Source: Gracilinanus agilis
Taxonomy: Eukaryota
DNA: 64,000 nt
Direction of reading: 5' to 3'
Assembly (NCBI RefSeq): GCF_016433145.1
Contig: NC_058131.1
Location: forward strand, 232,169,076 to 232,233,075
The position numbers and the translations under genes were made by a program. A model generated the notes under the pieces. That model was not told the origin of the DNA and did not search any database. It worked only from the letters and a program-made list of their open reading frames with translations. Shown here in pieces: positions 62,112-64,000 of the stretch. Each line of letters starts with the position of its first letter. Within the stretch, counting starts at the first letter, position 1.

Positions 62112-64000
62112 TCAATCATTTTTGATGGAAAGTACTCTTTTCACATGAGAACAATGAATCCATGATGTTTTTTCTCCTATTTTAATCATTGTAGGGGCTG
62201 ATAAAAGTACTTGGAATGGACCTTCCAAGGCAGACTGAGTTGCTCCTGTGTGCTGGAAGTTCTTTATATACACTGTTTCTCCAGGATTTAAATCATGTAG
62301 AGAAAAGTCTATAGGTCCAGCTTACACTACAGCTTCTGATTATTGAAGTTCTTTTTATCTTGATTTGCAGATCTCATATATATGTGGCAATAGTAGTATC
62401 TTCTCCTAACAATGATGTATATACAGGGTTAAATGGTTTTGCATGAATTGGTGGATGACCAAATAGCATCTCAAATGGTGAGATATGTAGATCTCCCTTT
62501 GGCCTACTTTGAAGGTAGAATAATGCTAAAGGTAAAGCATCAGGCCATTTCAAATGAGTCTCAGTACATCATTTGCCAATCATGGTTTTTAATTATCTAT
62601 TCATTCTTTCCACTTGCCCTGAGCTCTGCGGGTGGTATGGTACATGAAATGTTGGTGTTATACTTAGATATGAATATATTTGTGCAAAAAATTGAATCTG
62701 TAAAATGTGTTTCCTTGTCTGAATCAATTCTTGCTGGTAAACCAAATCAAGATATGATTTCTTTTAGTAATATTTTGGTTCCAAATGCTGATGTGGCTCT
62801 TCTATTGAGAATGCTTCCAACCATCTTGTTAGCTGGTCTACTATAACTAAACAAAATTTGTAATGTCCAGCTTTTGGCATTGTTATGAAATCAATTTGGA
62901 GATGTTCAAATGGTGTGTAGGCTAAAGGACACCCCCCCCCCAATTTTCTGTGAAATATACATTGTTTATACACTTGGCAAGTTGCACAGACTTTAAAGGC
63001 ATGTTTGTTATTCCAGGGGCTCTCCATACTTTCTTTACTGAATCTATAATGCCTTGGGTTTCAAAATGCCCATTTTTATGAATGTATTGGCAAATTTGTT
63101 GATAAAAAGTTCTAGGAAGTATTGGTTTACCTTCTGTTGCTACTCATATGCCATTAATTTGTTTAGTCTTAAAATTTTGTTTCCATTTTTTAATCTCTTT
63201 TTCATTACATGCCAGGGATAAATCTGATTCATTCATAATTGCCAAATTTAAAATCAGTTCAGGGCCTTCTATAGCAGTATGTTTTGCAACAACATCTGCT
63301 TAGTGATTTCTTCTCAAAACAGGGTCAGTGTCACCTGTATGGGCAGAGCAATGTACAACAGCCAGAGTTTCAGATAGTTGGAGAGCTAAAAGAACCTCAT
63401 TTATAATTTCAGCATTTGCATCATTTTGCCAGCTGATTTTAATAATCCCCTTTGAAGCCAAAGGGTACCCACAACATGGCATATTCCAAAGGCATATTTT
63501 GAATTGGTGTTGATTGTTCCTTTTTTGTTTCTTGCAATTATACAGGCCTGTTTTAACACTATTAATTCTGCACTTTTGTGCACTTATATTTAATGGAAGT
63601 GAAGCTGACTGAAGAGTTGCAAATTCTGTGACTAAAGCTGCATTTTCTCATACCATTTCTCATAAAGGAAGAGCCATCCATAAATATAACTAGATATGCA
63701 TTTTCTAAAGGAATTTCCAGATTTTCACAAGGTTTTTCAGCCATAGATACTAATGATTAGCAAATATGCAATGGTTCTCCTGTGATTGGTAAATCTGGAA
63801 GCAAAGTAGCAGGATTGAGTGTTGTGCAGCATTTTAAAGTGATGTTTTCATTGCCTAATAAAGTTATTTCATATCTTGTAAGTCTTTGGTGTAAAAAGGG
63901 AGGGAGTTTGGGGAATGGGATTGAATTGGGCCAGTGTCAGTAGGCTGAATGTGGGCATAGCCTGTCCTGACATAACACACAGAGACCACTAAGATAGTAA
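62112..64000 (-). pseudogene. Decayed class I ERV pol (RT connection, RNase H, integrase), with frameshifts and stops
   Basis: RNase H: IFMDGSSF, AELIVLKQAC, NSKYAFGICH, VVHCSAH. Integrase: CATCQ, PFEHLQIDF...VIVDQLTRWLEAF. Integrase C-terminus translated by hand: PGETVYIK...LEGPFQVLL...IKIGEKTSWIHCSHVKR, stop at 62112-62114. Confidence 0.9.

Noticed and set aside
62433-62846. 137-aa plus-strand ORF antisense to the integrase
   Set aside because: A shadow of the pol codon structure in a decayed provirus; I recognise no homology.

Overview
Mammalian genomic DNA, most likely a didelphid marsupial such as Monodelphis. This is inferred from many young tRNA-derived CORE-SINEs of the SINE1_Mdo type plus MAR1-type SINEs and marsupial L1 tails. 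Bases 1-50,000 hold a compact four-gene block with the gene order I recall from human 2p23.3. CAD is on the minus strand (coding exons 1-35 traced, 3' end outside the window), ATRAID is on minus (7 exons, complete), SLC5A6/SMVT is on plus (15 coding exons, complete, head-to-head with ATRAID across a CpG island), and TCF23 is on minus (3 exons, complete, convergent with SLC5A6). All 60 coding exons were traced by eye with GT-AG boundaries and consistent phase. From about 52.6 kb to the end the window is a nest of ERV LTRs. It includes a solo LTR inside a SINE, LTRs inside an LTR with 4-bp TSDs, a head-to-head inverted LTR pair, and the 3' part of a decayed provirus that appears to lack env. I found no prokaryotic-type system such as CRISPR. 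The best leads are RNA-level and TE-level: the inverted LTR pair; a TATA-bearing LTR pointing at TCF23; a near-identical inverted SINE pair bracketing the CAD dihydroorotase exons; an in-frame tandem acceptor in SLC5A6; an in-frame stop-free CAD intron; a candidate cryptic ATRAID exon; and uORF/start-stop elements. Comparisons to human orthologues and repeat family names are from memory, not from searches.
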